Source of the DNA: a virus
Strand: one strand, 5' to 3'
IMG/VR virus record: IMGVR_UViG_3300025806_000014
Coordinates: 19,617-83,616 of that record
DNA length: 64,000 nt
The position numbers and the translations under genes were made by a program. Positions 31,423 to 41,488 of this stretch are shown in pieces. How positions within the stretch are numbered: position 1 is the stretch's first letter; each line of letters begins with the position of its first letter. The notes below the pieces were generated by a model, which was not told where the DNA came from, searched no databases, and was given only the letters and a program-made list of their open reading frames with translations.

Positions 31423-32286
31423 TTATCCTGTGAAAAAATAATCAACACCTTCATCGCCTTTTATTTCTTCAACTACTCGATCTACTTCTTCTCTTCCTTC
31501 AGATGAAATCATATCATAATTAATTGTAATGTTACCTGGAAGATTAAATGAGAAGGTTCCTAAGATTCTAGATAATTGAATTTTAGCTTGCCCTATAACA
31601 TATCTTTGGAATGCCTCATCTTCAAATAAAGCACAATCAGAAATGGTAGAAAATATTTCAAATATAACAGCACCTTTAGGAAGTTCTCCTTGAAATCTAA
31701 ATTTCTTTGTTAATCTATTAAACGTATATGATATTTGTGGTAAAAGAACTTGTCTTGCATTATCCATGAATAATGAATTAACAACATAGTACATTAAATT
31801 CTCACTACCAATACCTGCGCCATAAACATCATCATAAATAAATTTATCAATAGAGAAATCTACATCGTCTGCATTAAAGCTCATACTACCGAATCCACCA
31901 TCTTCTCCACTGAATCCACCAATTTCAAATACATCATTAACTGAATAAACTCTTGAAGGCATTTTAACTATACCCCTAGGATTATCAATATTAGCTTTAT
32001 TAGTTATAACTTGTTTATCTTGCCCAGTTCCATAAGGTACACCTTGTTTAAATGCTGGTACTTGTAGAGCCCCTGCCGGTAAAGCAATATACATTTGCTC
32101 TACACTATCTTCATAAATTTTATAAAAATATTTTTTTGCTCTTTGTATAATATTATTTAATTCCTTCTTAGGAACTGTGAATGGGATTTGACAAGCGATA
32201 GTAAGATCATCATTAATTAATTTAATTAATTCATCTAAACACGCTGCATCCTCCGGATCATTACAATAAGTATTCTTATTAGCCAT
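31423..32286 (-). CDS. Neck/head-completion protein (T4 gp13-like)
   Basis: C-terminal AKIQLSRILGTFSFNLPGNITINYDMISSEGREE matches the gp13 LPGGVTLNG..IY.EA pattern. Confidence 0.7.
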   Translation of the reverse strand: MANKNTYCNDPEDAACLDELIKLINDDLTIACQIPFTVPKKELNNIIQRAKKYFYKIYEDSVEQMYIALPAGALQVPAFKQGVPYGTGQDKQVITNKANIDNPRGIVKMPSRVYSVNDVFEIGGFSGEDGGFGSMSFNADDVDFSIDKFIYDDVYGAGIGSENLMYYVVNSLFMDNARQVLLPQISYTFNRLTKKFRFQGELPKGAVIFEIFSTISDCALFEDEAFQRYVIGQAKIQLSRILGTFSFNLPGNITINYDMISSEGREEVDRVVEEIKGDEGVDYFFTG

Positions 32287-32293
32287 ACTTTGT

Positions 32294-33586
32294 TTATATT
32301 TTTTCTATTTCAATTATTTCAGTATTTTCAAACTTAGCCATTTTAGTTGCTCTACCTTTTCTAAAAATACCACCTTCCATTTCTCCACTGAATACACCTC
32401 TCACTCCAAATACATATGAATCTTTACACATTACATTTTTACTAACATAAGAATCTTCTATTTTAGAATCAGCAACATCACTAGCCCCAAAAAGATTACT
32501 TTCAAATAATGAAGAATTTATTATTTCAGAACTAAATATATCACAATTTAAAATATTACCTTGAACTTTGCAATCTACAATATCGATTCCTTTTATTTCA
32601 AAGCATCTCATTAATTCAGCATTCTTTAATTGTATTCTTCCAGTATCAGCATCATAATTAACCAAACCTTCGTTAAGCCCTGCTTTAGTTAAAAGATTAA
32701 ATAACTCTTCTCTCATCTTAGGATAAAATGTTTCTACTATTTGGTCATAAGTTTTGAGATCAACCATTAATTGAATTTTAGGAAATTTCTTTTTAAATGT
32801 TTGATAATCTTTATAAGATTCTACAATACCACTATGCTTTTCTAAAATGCGATCTAATTTTTCAATGTCTTGTTGATTATAAATAGGATCAGTTAAAGTT
32901 TCATATAATGATAAAACAAAATGTTCTGTTAAATCCATTATGGTATTATACTTCTTTTCATAATCCTTTCCACCAAGATATCTAAATTCAATATAATTCT
33001 TAGGTAACTTAGAAAAGTTTACACCGTAATACTTTTCGGATACAAACATGTAGTTCTTCCATGAAATTCTTTCAGGTGAAGGTTGAGTCATTCCACTTAA
33101 AGGAACAATAAATTTTATTGACTTAGCATAAACAGAATCTTTTCTGTTAGGAAATGCTTCATAAATTTTATCCTCATTAAAATTTAATACAAATTTTCCA
33201 ATATCTAATGATGATACATTTGTAGGTGTTCCTAATTTTTTTCCATCAAAGGCTACATTAACATGAATAGAGCATCGTTCATTAGTAGACCCATTTTCAC
33301 GGATCCATTTTAAAGTTTTTGCAATAATAAGTTTTGATTCAACAAACGGCATTGGTCCAGTGACCAATTCAATCATTCCAGTTCCACCAGAATTATCGGG
33401 CTCTAATTTAAAAATCTCATCAGAAGGAGTAAAATCACTATGGGCCTTTTCCTCTATTCTTATTTGTTTATTTAAAACATTAGAAAGGCTTCTTTTAACC
33501 TCATCTAATCCTTCATTAGCAAAGAATTCAAATTCTAATCCAATCTTGGATGCATATATAGCATTTAGTTGTTCGTTAGTGTACAT
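32294..33586 (-). CDS. Amidoligase-like (COOH-NH2 ligase family) protein with C-terminal beta-helix-like repeats
   Basis: IGLEFEF, EPDNSG, ELVTGP, CSIHVNV, KYYGVN, IEFRYLGG; C-terminal repeats such as DCKVQ/NCDIF/SSEII/NSSLF/ESNLF. Confidence 0.75.
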   Translation of the reverse strand: MYTNEQLNAIYASKIGLEFEFFANEGLDEVKRSLSNVLNKQIRIEEKAHSDFTPSDEIFKLEPDNSGGTGMIELVTGPMPFVESKLIIAKTLKWIRENGSTNERCSIHVNVAFDGKKLGTPTNVSSLDIGKFVLNFNEDKIYEAFPNRKDSVYAKSIKFIVPLSGMTQPSPERISWKNYMFVSEKYYGVNFSKLPKNYIEFRYLGGKDYEKKYNTIMDLTEHFVLSLYETLTDPIYNQQDIEKLDRILEKHSGIVESYKDYQTFKKKFPKIQLMVDLKTYDQIVETFYPKMREELFNLLTKAGLNEGLVNYDADTGRIQLKNAELMRCFEIKGIDIVDCKVQGNILNCDIFSSEIINSSLFESNLFGASDVADSKIEDSYVSKNVMCKDSYVFGVRGVFSGEMEGGIFRKGRATKMAKFENTEIIEIEKI

Positions 33587-33590
33587 GTAG

Positions 33591-33622
33591 TTCCTGATTT
33601 GTTTATATATTCAAACCAGGAA
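33591..33622 (-). promoter_or_regulatory. Hairpin enclosing a late-type promoter, 4 nt upstream of the amidoligase ATG
   Basis: Minus strand TTCCTGGTTTG-AATATATAAA-CAAATCAGGAA-CTAC-ATG; 11-bp inverted repeat with one G.U/mismatch position. Confidence 0.65.
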
Positions 33623-33626
33623 TAGG

Positions 33627-34769
33627 TTATGCTATGTTCATTGTAATCTTACGATCGCTAACATTCACACTACCAATTTTTACATTTATAGTATCACCTT
33701 TAGATAAATCAGCACCTTTTAATTTTGATTTATGAATTAATCCACTGATTCCTTTTTCCAATTCAACAAATGCACCGTATGAAGTTATTTTAGTTACCTT
33801 ACCTTCAGTGATCATCATAGGTTTATATTTCTCATCAACACCATCCCATAAATCAATCTTAGGTCCTAATTGGCTAAGTATAATTTTTCTATCTGATATA
33901 ACTTCTTTAGCCCAGAATTTTATTTCATCACCAGGTTTAATATTTCTATCATCTAAAGCTTTTTGGAATTCCTCACTCAATTCAGCCTTAGGAATTAATC
34001 CTGTTAGGCATTCATCAAATTCTGCAAATACACCAAACTTAGTAGTACCTGTTACAAAACCAGTTCTAGGTTCTTTTATAGTTTCATTTAATTTTTCAAT
34101 TGTGCTTGGAATCATTGTTCTTAAATATTCTCTATGAGATACTACAATAGTATCCTTATCTTTAGAAAATGTAATTGGCATAACAACAATTTCTTTACCA
34201 ACAATAGCATTAAAATCATGTAATTTATTTAGCCCTCCTAAAGAACCTGGCATAAAACATTTAATGCCTGCAACATCTACCCAATAACCTCCATGAATTA
34301 ATTCTTTAACTCTAGCAGTAAAGCCAACAGTAGCATTTCCAATTGCCTCTTTAATTTCTTTTAGTTTAACTTCTTTTATTGCGTCAGATATAGAAGCAAT
34401 AACATCTCCAGTTTTTGGATTAGTTTTTATCTTAACATCAATCTCCATACCAACCTCTAGTTGTTCTACAATATAGTCAGGTTCTTTATCTAAAATACAG
34501 TAAGCAGTATATTTAGATTCAATATCAATAAGAGCTCTTTCTCCATCTTTAGACATAAATGAAATTTCGCCTCTTGTTATATAGCCTACACCATCTTCTA
34601 TGAGTTGAGTTTTCTTTGCCTGGTGATCTGTAATTCCATATAAAGATAACGCATCAGCAGCATATGCTTCATTACACATTAATTTTGTACCTTCAGGAAC
34701 TTGGACTTTTACTTTTTTTGTATCAAATGGATCATCACTTAATTGAATTGTGATTTCTTGTTCTGTCAT
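33627..34769 (-). CDS. rpsA: Ribosomal protein bS1-like protein (4 S1 domains)
   Basis: Domain-2 motif GGYWVDVAGIKCFMPGS...IVVSHR; GTTKFGVFAEF..LTGLIP; KITSYGAFVELEKGISGLIHKS. Confidence 0.85.
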   Translation of the reverse strand: MTEQEITIQLSDDPFDTKKVKVQVPEGTKLMCNEAYAADALSLYGITDHQAKKTQLIEDGVGYITRGEISFMSKDGERALIDIESKYTAYCILDKEPDYIVEQLEVGMEIDVKIKTNPKTGDVIASISDAIKEVKLKEIKEAIGNATVGFTARVKELIHGGYWVDVAGIKCFMPGSLGGLNKLHDFNAIVGKEIVVMPITFSKDKDTIVVSHREYLRTMIPSTIEKLNETIKEPRTGFVTGTTKFGVFAEFDECLTGLIPKAELSEEFQKALDDRNIKPGDEIKFWAKEVISDRKIILSQLGPKIDLWDGVDEKYKPMMITEGKVTKITSYGAFVELEKGISGLIHKSKLKGADLSKGDTINVKIGSVNVSDRKITMNIA

Positions 34770-34864
34770 TATTTATTTTTTATGAGGTTATTATAGATTA
34801 TATATTACTCTTTATGTATCTGATATTAGTTATACATATAGGTTAGCAAATTGTTTAAGATTGT

Positions 34865-35143
34865 TTAAGTTATAACCCCCGGCCCAGTAGTTGCGCCAGT
34901 TTGAGCAGCAGGAGAACCTGCAGTTGCAACGGTGATTCCAGGTAGTACTGTTGCAGATTTTATATATGCAGTTATAGCTGGACCAGCTACACCAGCAAAT
35001 GCGGCAGCGCCTGCAGCAATTACAGCATCTTTACTATTATCTTGAGTTCCTTCTGCACCAGTTGAATATGCAGCCATAGCTTCCATTCCTGCTACAAAAG
35101 CAGCATCCATTGCAGAGTTAATTACGGGTGGTACTAAAGGCAT
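34865..35143 (-). CDS. Small Ala/Gly-rich spike-associated protein
   Basis: 92 aa directly downstream of the gp5-like gene; VATAGSPAAQTGATTGPG. Confidence 0.5.
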   Translation of the reverse strand: MPLVPPVINSAMDAAFVAGMEAMAAYSTGAEGTQDNSKDAVIAAGAAAFAGVAGPAITAYIKSATVLPGITVATAGSPAAQTGATTGPGVIT

Positions 35144-35173
35144 AATTTATTGTTTTAATTTATAGTTTATATA

Positions 35174-36091
35174 TTAGTCAGTTGTATTCTTTGTACTTAA
35201 TGCAGGATTTCCCGGTGACAACGGTGGGCTCACGGGAGCTCCTAAATTTCCAATATGAGTATGATTATTATAAAGATCATTAATAAACTGAGTACCTTTA
35301 AGTACAGCATCAGTACCAGTCTCTCCTAAAATAATCTTAGGAGAATTGACGTGAGTTTTACCAGTAGCAGTTATAACAGCATCAACACAATTAATAAGAC
35401 AATTAGTATCGGCATTAATTACAGTATCAGCTCCACTATTAATTGTAAATTGAGCAGAGTGAGTAAATGTTATATTTCCATCATTAAGCATTACTATAGA
35501 ATCTCCGTTTGCATTTATTATTTCAACAGAGTTATCTGGCTTTACATTTACTGTAGTTGGACCTTCAGTAGTTGTATAATCCATCATTAGCCCTTTTTCT
35601 TCTGTAAAGAAAACTTTAATATGCTCACCTTCTCTTTCATTAGTTGCTTCAGATACACCATCCTCTAATGTACCGGTTAAACCAAATGCAGTATCATAAA
35701 TTAATACGTGAGAATTTTGATATGAAGGCTCTACTTCAGCTTTAGTTTCATCTGAAGGATAAATATTTTCATGATAAACTGGTTGATAAAAATTTCCATT
35801 ATCAAATGTTATTCTAACAATAGATCCTAATTTAGGAATTTCAAATTTACCACTACCAGTATTACTTCCACCATACATTAACTGATGCGGTCTAGACCAA
35901 GGTAAAGAAACGGTAGGAATCTTATATGCGCTCTCAGGATCTTCAGGATCTACGCGATCATCCATTTTTCCATATACTCTTATCTTACATCTCCCTTCAA
36001 AGATATCATCATTGCTATCCTCAACGATACCTACCCACTGTGTAGTTCTTAAATCGTCCGCATTAAAATTTGTTGGATTTGGTTTTCCCAT
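35174..36091 (-). CDS. Baseplate central spike (gp5/gpV-like)
   Basis: OB-fold WVGIVEDSND..EGRCKIRVYG, LPWSRP, IPKLGSIV; beta-helix; HTH metal-binding tip (NNHTHIGNLGAP). Confidence 0.8.
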   Translation of the reverse strand: MGKPNPTNFNADDLRTTQWVGIVEDSNDDIFEGRCKIRVYGKMDDRVDPEDPESAYKIPTVSLPWSRPHQLMYGGSNTGSGKFEIPKLGSIVRITFDNGNFYQPVYHENIYPSDETKAEVEPSYQNSHVLIYDTAFGLTGTLEDGVSEATNEREGEHIKVFFTEEKGLMMDYTTTEGPTTVNVKPDNSVEIINANGDSIVMLNDGNITFTHSAQFTINSGADTVINADTNCLINCVDAVITATGKTHVNSPKIILGETGTDAVLKGTQFINDLYNNHTHIGNLGAPVSPPLSPGNPALSTKNTTD

Positions 36092-37575
36092 TAGTCAAAT
36101 ATATTATCGTTACTTATAGTAGAATTGCTTGGTGGACCTGAAGGACCAAATGCATTGATTGAACTTAATCCCTCTCCTACTGGCGCAGCAGGATCAAATA
36201 CTTGGTTGGCATCTAAGCTACCACCAGCTGGTCCAGCTGGATCAAATGCTTTAGTTGGATTAAATGGTGCAGGATCATTTGGTACACCTAATGGATTATC
36301 ACCAATATTTCTAACGGCGCTGTCATTTCCAAATGTTTGCAAGCCACCATCATTTCCTTGTATAGCAGCACCTGCAGCAGCATTAATTAAAGCTTGTGGA
36401 TTTGATATTGCACCAAGTAAACTATTTCTTAATCCAAATACATTTCCTAAAGTAATACCTTGTATTGCGCTTGACACAGTTCTCCCTACAGCATTAACAG
36501 CACCAGCAGCTGCATTGGCTAATTGATCTTTTCCAAATTGTTTTAGCTTATCTTTAAATCCAGGATTAGTATTGGCAGGAATTTTACTTTCGTCTAGCTT
36601 ATCATTATATCCAGAGAATTGTGAAACATTCTCCATTCCACCATAATTAAATTTCATTTGTGTAGTAGCAATTTCCCCACCCGTATTAGTTACGCCTTCA
36701 AATACATTTCCACTGGCAGCAGGATCAAACATACACTCAGTAAATTTAAAACCAACCTGTGAAGTATTTTGATTTATAAGTTTTAATGCCTCATCATCGT
36801 CTTTTTCTTTTCTAAAGACATTAAGCCAATTTCTTACTGTTTTAAATTTTCTAATTTCTTGTACGTAAATGTACACATCAAATCTTAATAAGTTTTTAGG
36901 AACAATAAATCTTTTATATCTTACATCATAAACAGCCATTTTATATAAACTAAACAATGCCGTAAGTTTTAAATCTAATGCTTCTAAACAACCTATAGTT
37001 ATTCCTTCTTCTCCAGTAGTTCCAGTATAAGGATCAATCTCAAATTTTGTAGATTTATTCCAAGCTTCAATTAATCCATCAATTGTTTGCCAATAATATG
37101 GTCGTGTTTTATTAATTTCCTGCAATCCTTGTATAAATGCTTTTAAGTATTCAACTCTATTACTTTCTCCAATTTTTGCTAAGTAAGCTACTGCTGAAGG
37201 TATTGAAGGATAATTATCATTTGATCTACCATCTCTCTGTGTAGGGCCTTGTGCTAGGCTAACTTGTAAATTTCCGGCAATATCAGCAGCAGGATTTACT
37301 TCCGGTGCAGGAATGCCTTGATTACCTTCTACAGCACCTGCAAATAAAGGTGAAGTAATATCAAACATTAAACTAAAACCAAGAAAGGTAGGGTCATCTA
37401 GTGATGTTACTCCATTAGTACCTGAACCATAAGCAGTGGTAGCATTAGACACAAACCTTTTTGCAAAAGAGTAACTTTGTGGAAAACTCCCACTTCCTAA
37501 ATATGAACCAAATGGTCCAGCTAATTGAGCTAGTGCATCACTACCTGCGGGGTTTGCTAAATCTACTAAAGGCAT
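36091..37575 (-). CDS. Tail/baseplate structural protein
   Basis: 494 aa between the spike and hub genes. Confidence 0.55.
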   Translation of the reverse strand: MPLVDLANPAGSDALAQLAGPFGSYLGSGSFPQSYSFAKRFVSNATTAYGSGTNGVTSLDDPTFLGFSLMFDITSPLFAGAVEGNQGIPAPEVNPAADIAGNLQVSLAQGPTQRDGRSNDNYPSIPSAVAYLAKIGESNRVEYLKAFIQGLQEINKTRPYYWQTIDGLIEAWNKSTKFEIDPYTGTTGEEGITIGCLEALDLKLTALFSLYKMAVYDVRYKRFIVPKNLLRFDVYIYVQEIRKFKTVRNWLNVFRKEKDDDEALKLINQNTSQVGFKFTECMFDPAASGNVFEGVTNTGGEIATTQMKFNYGGMENVSQFSGYNDKLDESKIPANTNPGFKDKLKQFGKDQLANAAAGAVNAVGRTVSSAIQGITLGNVFGLRNSLLGAISNPQALINAAAGAAIQGNDGGLQTFGNDSAVRNIGDNPLGVPNDPAPFNPTKAFDPAGPAGGSLDANQVFDPAAPVGEGLSSINAFGPSGPPSNSTISNDNIFD

Positions 37576-37597
37576 ATCTTTCTTCTTTTTATATTTA

Positions 37598-39082
37598 TTA
37601 GGTCGTAGGAGTGAACTCTCGACGCACTAATTCTAATTTCATTCTAATAGGACCTGGTTTAGTTAATAACCATTCAACTCCTTTAATAACATAAAATCCT
37701 GTTAAGTATTCATTTACAATACCCTGTTGAGACTTAGGATCATTTTCATCTGTACCTCCACTTCTTTGTTGAGGCTCTTCTTCTCCTTCTATTTCATCTT
37801 GTTGTGTGGCTAATAAAGTATTTGGTATTGCGCTTCCAAATTCTAAAATTTGACAATAAATTCTACTATATCTTACAAGAGCAGGATTTACAGTATCTAA
37901 TTCAATTGTCATTCCCATTTTATTAATCTCTGTAAGATTCTGATAATTCTGAACCGTTGCATATGTAAATTCAGGATGCACATTATCACCTTGGGTACCT
38001 AAAAATTTATATTTAACTTGATCATTTCTAGGACCTTCTACTTCACCGTCTACTATTCTACCTTTTGTTGCAGGAATCATTCCTGGTGTATCATTGGTAA
38101 GAGGGTCTACAAATTCACTAACCCATTCTTTTGCATTAAGATCCCAATATTGAGTATATCTTTTATAACCGTTTGCCTTACTAATTTCGCCACTCTTGTT
38201 AACCATTTGGTGTTTAGAAATATATCTAGCACCTCCTTGAAGATTTAACATATTACTTAAATAATTAGGAATTCCATCAACTTGACCTTCTGTACCTTCT
38301 GCACCCATAGTATCACCAGCATTTGTAGTAAAACTTTCACTAGCTTCAATTGCACCTTCTTGACTAAATAATCTATTAACATCAACCATAGTTAAGTAAT
38401 AATATGGATCAATGTAACTAGTGAAAAATGTTTCATCACTTAAATAACTATTTGCTACAATATCCTGAATCCATGTTTCATAAGTATCATTAGGATTAGT
38501 CCAAGTCATAGTATCACTAGTTTCTTCTACATTAGATGCATAACCTAGTCCTAGTTTTTCTGAAATATTTAATAAAGCATCCCAGCTTGTAACTTCTTCC
38601 TCATATTCAACATTCTCTGTAAATAAATTTGGAACAAACATTCTACCTATTACTAAAAATTCACTTGCAGATTTTCCACCTCCACCACCAATAGGCTTAC
38701 AATCAACAACAGTAAAATCTATTCTTATCGGTTTAAATGTAGTCTCATCACCTTGTGATCTAATGTTAACTTGAATTAAGTCACCATCTTTAGGATAAAA
38801 CCTAGCACTAAACATTCCATCTACATCAGCAAATTGAATTCGACAAGTAGGGTAAAATGCATTATTTTTTAAACAAAAATAATTTAGCCTATCCATTTGG
38901 ACATCATATCCATTAATTCTGATAACAGGAACAACAGAGGAAAACTTAGAAGGTTTTTCTTTTAAAGTTGAATCATCAGAATTATCAGATCCACTTTCAA
39001 CATCTAAGATTTCTAAAGGATCTAATAATATGGCAGGTTCTATGACTGTTAATATATTTCTTTCAACAATACTTTCTGACAT
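37598..39082 (-). CDS. Baseplate hub protein (gp27-like)
   Basis: C-terminal YLTGFYVIKGV...MKLELVRRE typical of hub proteins; synteny with gp5 and gp53. Confidence 0.6.
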   Translation of the reverse strand: MSESIVERNILTVIEPAILLDPLEILDVESGSDNSDDSTLKEKPSKFSSVVPVIRINGYDVQMDRLNYFCLKNNAFYPTCRIQFADVDGMFSARFYPKDGDLIQVNIRSQGDETTFKPIRIDFTVVDCKPIGGGGGKSASEFLVIGRMFVPNLFTENVEYEEEVTSWDALLNISEKLGLGYASNVEETSDTMTWTNPNDTYETWIQDIVANSYLSDETFFTSYIDPYYYLTMVDVNRLFSQEGAIEASESFTTNAGDTMGAEGTEGQVDGIPNYLSNMLNLQGGARYISKHQMVNKSGEISKANGYKRYTQYWDLNAKEWVSEFVDPLTNDTPGMIPATKGRIVDGEVEGPRNDQVKYKFLGTQGDNVHPEFTYATVQNYQNLTEINKMGMTIELDTVNPALVRYSRIYCQILEFGSAIPNTLLATQQDEIEGEEEPQQRSGGTDENDPKSQQGIVNEYLTGFYVIKGVEWLLTKPGPIRMKLELVRREFTPTT

Positions 39083-39084
39083 AT

Positions 39085-39630
39085 CTATTGATTTATATTT
39101 GTACTATTTCTTGATGGTAAGTTTGCTCCTAGTTTAATTTTACCACCTTCGAATACTTTAGCAGCTTGTCCTTGCTGCAACATATTTGGTGGAATTGGTG
39201 CCTTAACACCAGTCTTTTTTGTTTTAGCCTTTTGAATTAATCTCTGTATTCTGGATTGATCAATTTCACTCTGCCTTCCAGTATCTACATACTGAGCTAA
39301 ACTTGCACTTGGTCTTGTTGCAGTCTTTGGTCTTGCATATACTAAGTTTTCATCTTTTAATTGCGGTATAGCTAATATGTCTCCTTCTTGGATAACAAAC
39401 GGATTAAAAATATTATTAATTACACATATAGCATCAACAAATTGTGTAGACCCAAAATATGTAGTTGATATTTTATCAATTCTACCAACCTGATCTTGTG
39501 TAACATAATGTAATGCTTTAACACCTAACTCTCTTTTATATTTAAATGATGCAGCAGTTAAGTCATAATACTGTTCACCAGTTTTATCATCAGTTAATTT
39601 ATTCTTTAATGTAAGAGATCTAATATTCAT
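39085..39630 (-). CDS. Baseplate gp53-like (LysM-like) protein
   Basis: GRIDKISTTYFGS...ICVINNIFNPF.IQEGDILAIP. Confidence 0.7.
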   Translation of the reverse strand: MNIRSLTLKNKLTDDKTGEQYYDLTAASFKYKRELGVKALHYVTQDQVGRIDKISTTYFGSTQFVDAICVINNIFNPFVIQEGDILAIPQLKDENLVYARPKTATRPSASLAQYVDTGRQSEIDQSRIQRLIQKAKTKKTGVKAPIPPNMLQQGQAAKVFEGGKIKLGANLPSRNSTNINQ

Positions 39631-39644
39631 ATTTAATTATTCTT

Positions 39645-41462
39645 TTATGAGTCTATTAACATAGCAGTTAAGTTAGAAACATATTCACTGTTTGTAGTCT
39701 GTGCTATTGAATTTTCAGCAGCTGGTCTATTTTTAAGATTAGATATTTGTTCATTTGTAAATCCACTAGGTGCAGCGGCTACATTAGCAGACGTTTGTAA
39801 ATTACTAGTTCCAGCATCTGGTATTGAACCATAAGTTGCAACTTCTTTTCCTGCTAAATTTAAAACATCTTCAACATTTGCGGCAGATGCATATATTCTA
39901 CCTTGGCCAGCATTAAACATATTTTCTATATCACCTTTATCTCTTGGCTTACCGTGTTTTAGATCTACCTCAAATTTAACCTCCATTGGAAAATCATCAT
40001 AACCTAAACCTTGCCCTAATGTCATTTTAGTATTATCACATATCATATTACCCATCATAACAATTGGATTTAATGGATTACCAACAGTAACATGCCAATC
40101 TCCAGTAGGTTCACCACTAATAAATGTTTTGGTAGCCTGAGTACCACTCGGTCCACCAACCTGGCTACCTAAAAATCCACCAAGCATATTACCTAGTAAA
40201 TTTTTACCTACTTTCTTTAAACCATCTACAACACTATTTGCATCAAAGTTTCCATTTGAATCTCCAAATAAACCTTTAAATCCTGTCTCCACATCATTAA
40301 CCACACTTCCCATATAACCTGAAAAGTTACCATTTCTTAACATACTAATATCACCGAATTGACTAGCAACATAACCACTACTTCCGTAATACCTATGACC
40401 GCCCCCAAAGAACTGAGCATTATTAGTAGTCATAGTTAACATATTACTAATAACATCAATCATTGCTATTTTAGGATTAACATAGCTTAAAGATCTAAGT
40501 TCATATTCAAATGTTAATGTCATATCATTTGCATATTTTAATCCTCTATCTCTAATCATTGTTTTATTCACAACATTTACTGGACCTAATACAAAGTTTG
40601 CATAAGTAGTACCTAATCTGTCAGCCGTAGAACTTCCTGCTCCATTTTGTGCTCTAAATTTGGAACCTGCAGTTTGGCCCTTTGCAGCATCTGTAATTGC
40701 TCTACCTATTCCACCAAGCTTATTATAAAATGGTTGCTGTGTATAACCACCGCCAGCACTTCCTGTATCAACGGCTTCCATATCAGCAGTTAGTTCTTTA
40801 TAATTTAATCCAAATGACATGCTCAATAAATCCTCTAACTTATTACCTGCAGTCTCACCTAAATAAGTTATTGCAGTTACACCTGCAACCTGTGTAGCAT
40901 CTTGTCCTCCACCATCACCAGATTCTTTACCTTTCATCTTAACATTATAATGATAAACGTTATCAGGAACAGCTGTTGGAAATCTTCTTAAAGTTACCAA
41001 ATGATTAACTGGAATTCTTTTGTAATATTTAGAATATAAAAAATCCGATGGCTTATAACCTATTTTAGGATAATTTTTTTCAAAGTAATTTATGATTCTA
41101 GGTAATGAAACATTAGTAGCACCAACCCCACCCATTAAAGGATTTTCTGCAGAATCTATATAATTTTCTTTTGAATTTTTAGTAAGAGAACCGTGAAATC
41201 CTTGAAAATTAAATAAAGCATATTTATTTGCTATTGAAGATGCAATAGGTTTACCTGACATACCAGCAGAGACTGTTGCTGCATCAGCGGCTGTTCCGGA
41301 ACCACCATAAAAGTTTTTGCTATATAATTCAGCAACACCTTTAGCAAAACCAGAAGCTTCTCCACCAAATGCACTAACTCTGTTTGAATTTGTTTTGGCC
41401 TCCATATCAGGAGTCATTGCATCATTAAGTGATTGAATTTTATCAGATAAGTTAAAGCCCAT
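39645..41462 (-). CDS. Baseplate/tail-tube initiator-like protein
   Basis: WHVTVGNPLNPIVMMGNMIC...DDFPMEVKFEVDL tube-initiator-like C-terminus; late motif upstream. Confidence 0.5.
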   Translation of the reverse strand: MGFNLSDKIQSLNDAMTPDMEAKTNSNRVSAFGGEASGFAKGVAELYSKNFYGGSGTAADAATVSAGMSGKPIASSIANKYALFNFQGFHGSLTKNSKENYIDSAENPLMGGVGATNVSLPRIINYFEKNYPKIGYKPSDFLYSKYYKRIPVNHLVTLRRFPTAVPDNVYHYNVKMKGKESGDGGGQDATQVAGVTAITYLGETAGNKLEDLLSMSFGLNYKELTADMEAVDTGSAGGGYTQQPFYNKLGGIGRAITDAAKGQTAGSKFRAQNGAGSSTADRLGTTYANFVLGPVNVVNKTMIRDRGLKYANDMTLTFEYELRSLSYVNPKIAMIDVISNMLTMTTNNAQFFGGGHRYYGSSGYVASQFGDISMLRNGNFSGYMGSVVNDVETGFKGLFGDSNGNFDANSVVDGLKKVGKNLLGNMLGGFLGSQVGGPSGTQATKTFISGEPTGDWHVTVGNPLNPIVMMGNMICDNTKMTLGQGLGYDDFPMEVKFEVDLKHGKPRDKGDIENMFNAGQGRIYASAANVEDVLNLAGKEVATYGSIPDAGTSNLQTSANVAAAPSGFTNEQISNLKNRPAAENSIAQTTNSEYVSNLTAMLIDS

Positions 41463-41488
41463 ATAAGAAAGGTATTTTTATTATATAT

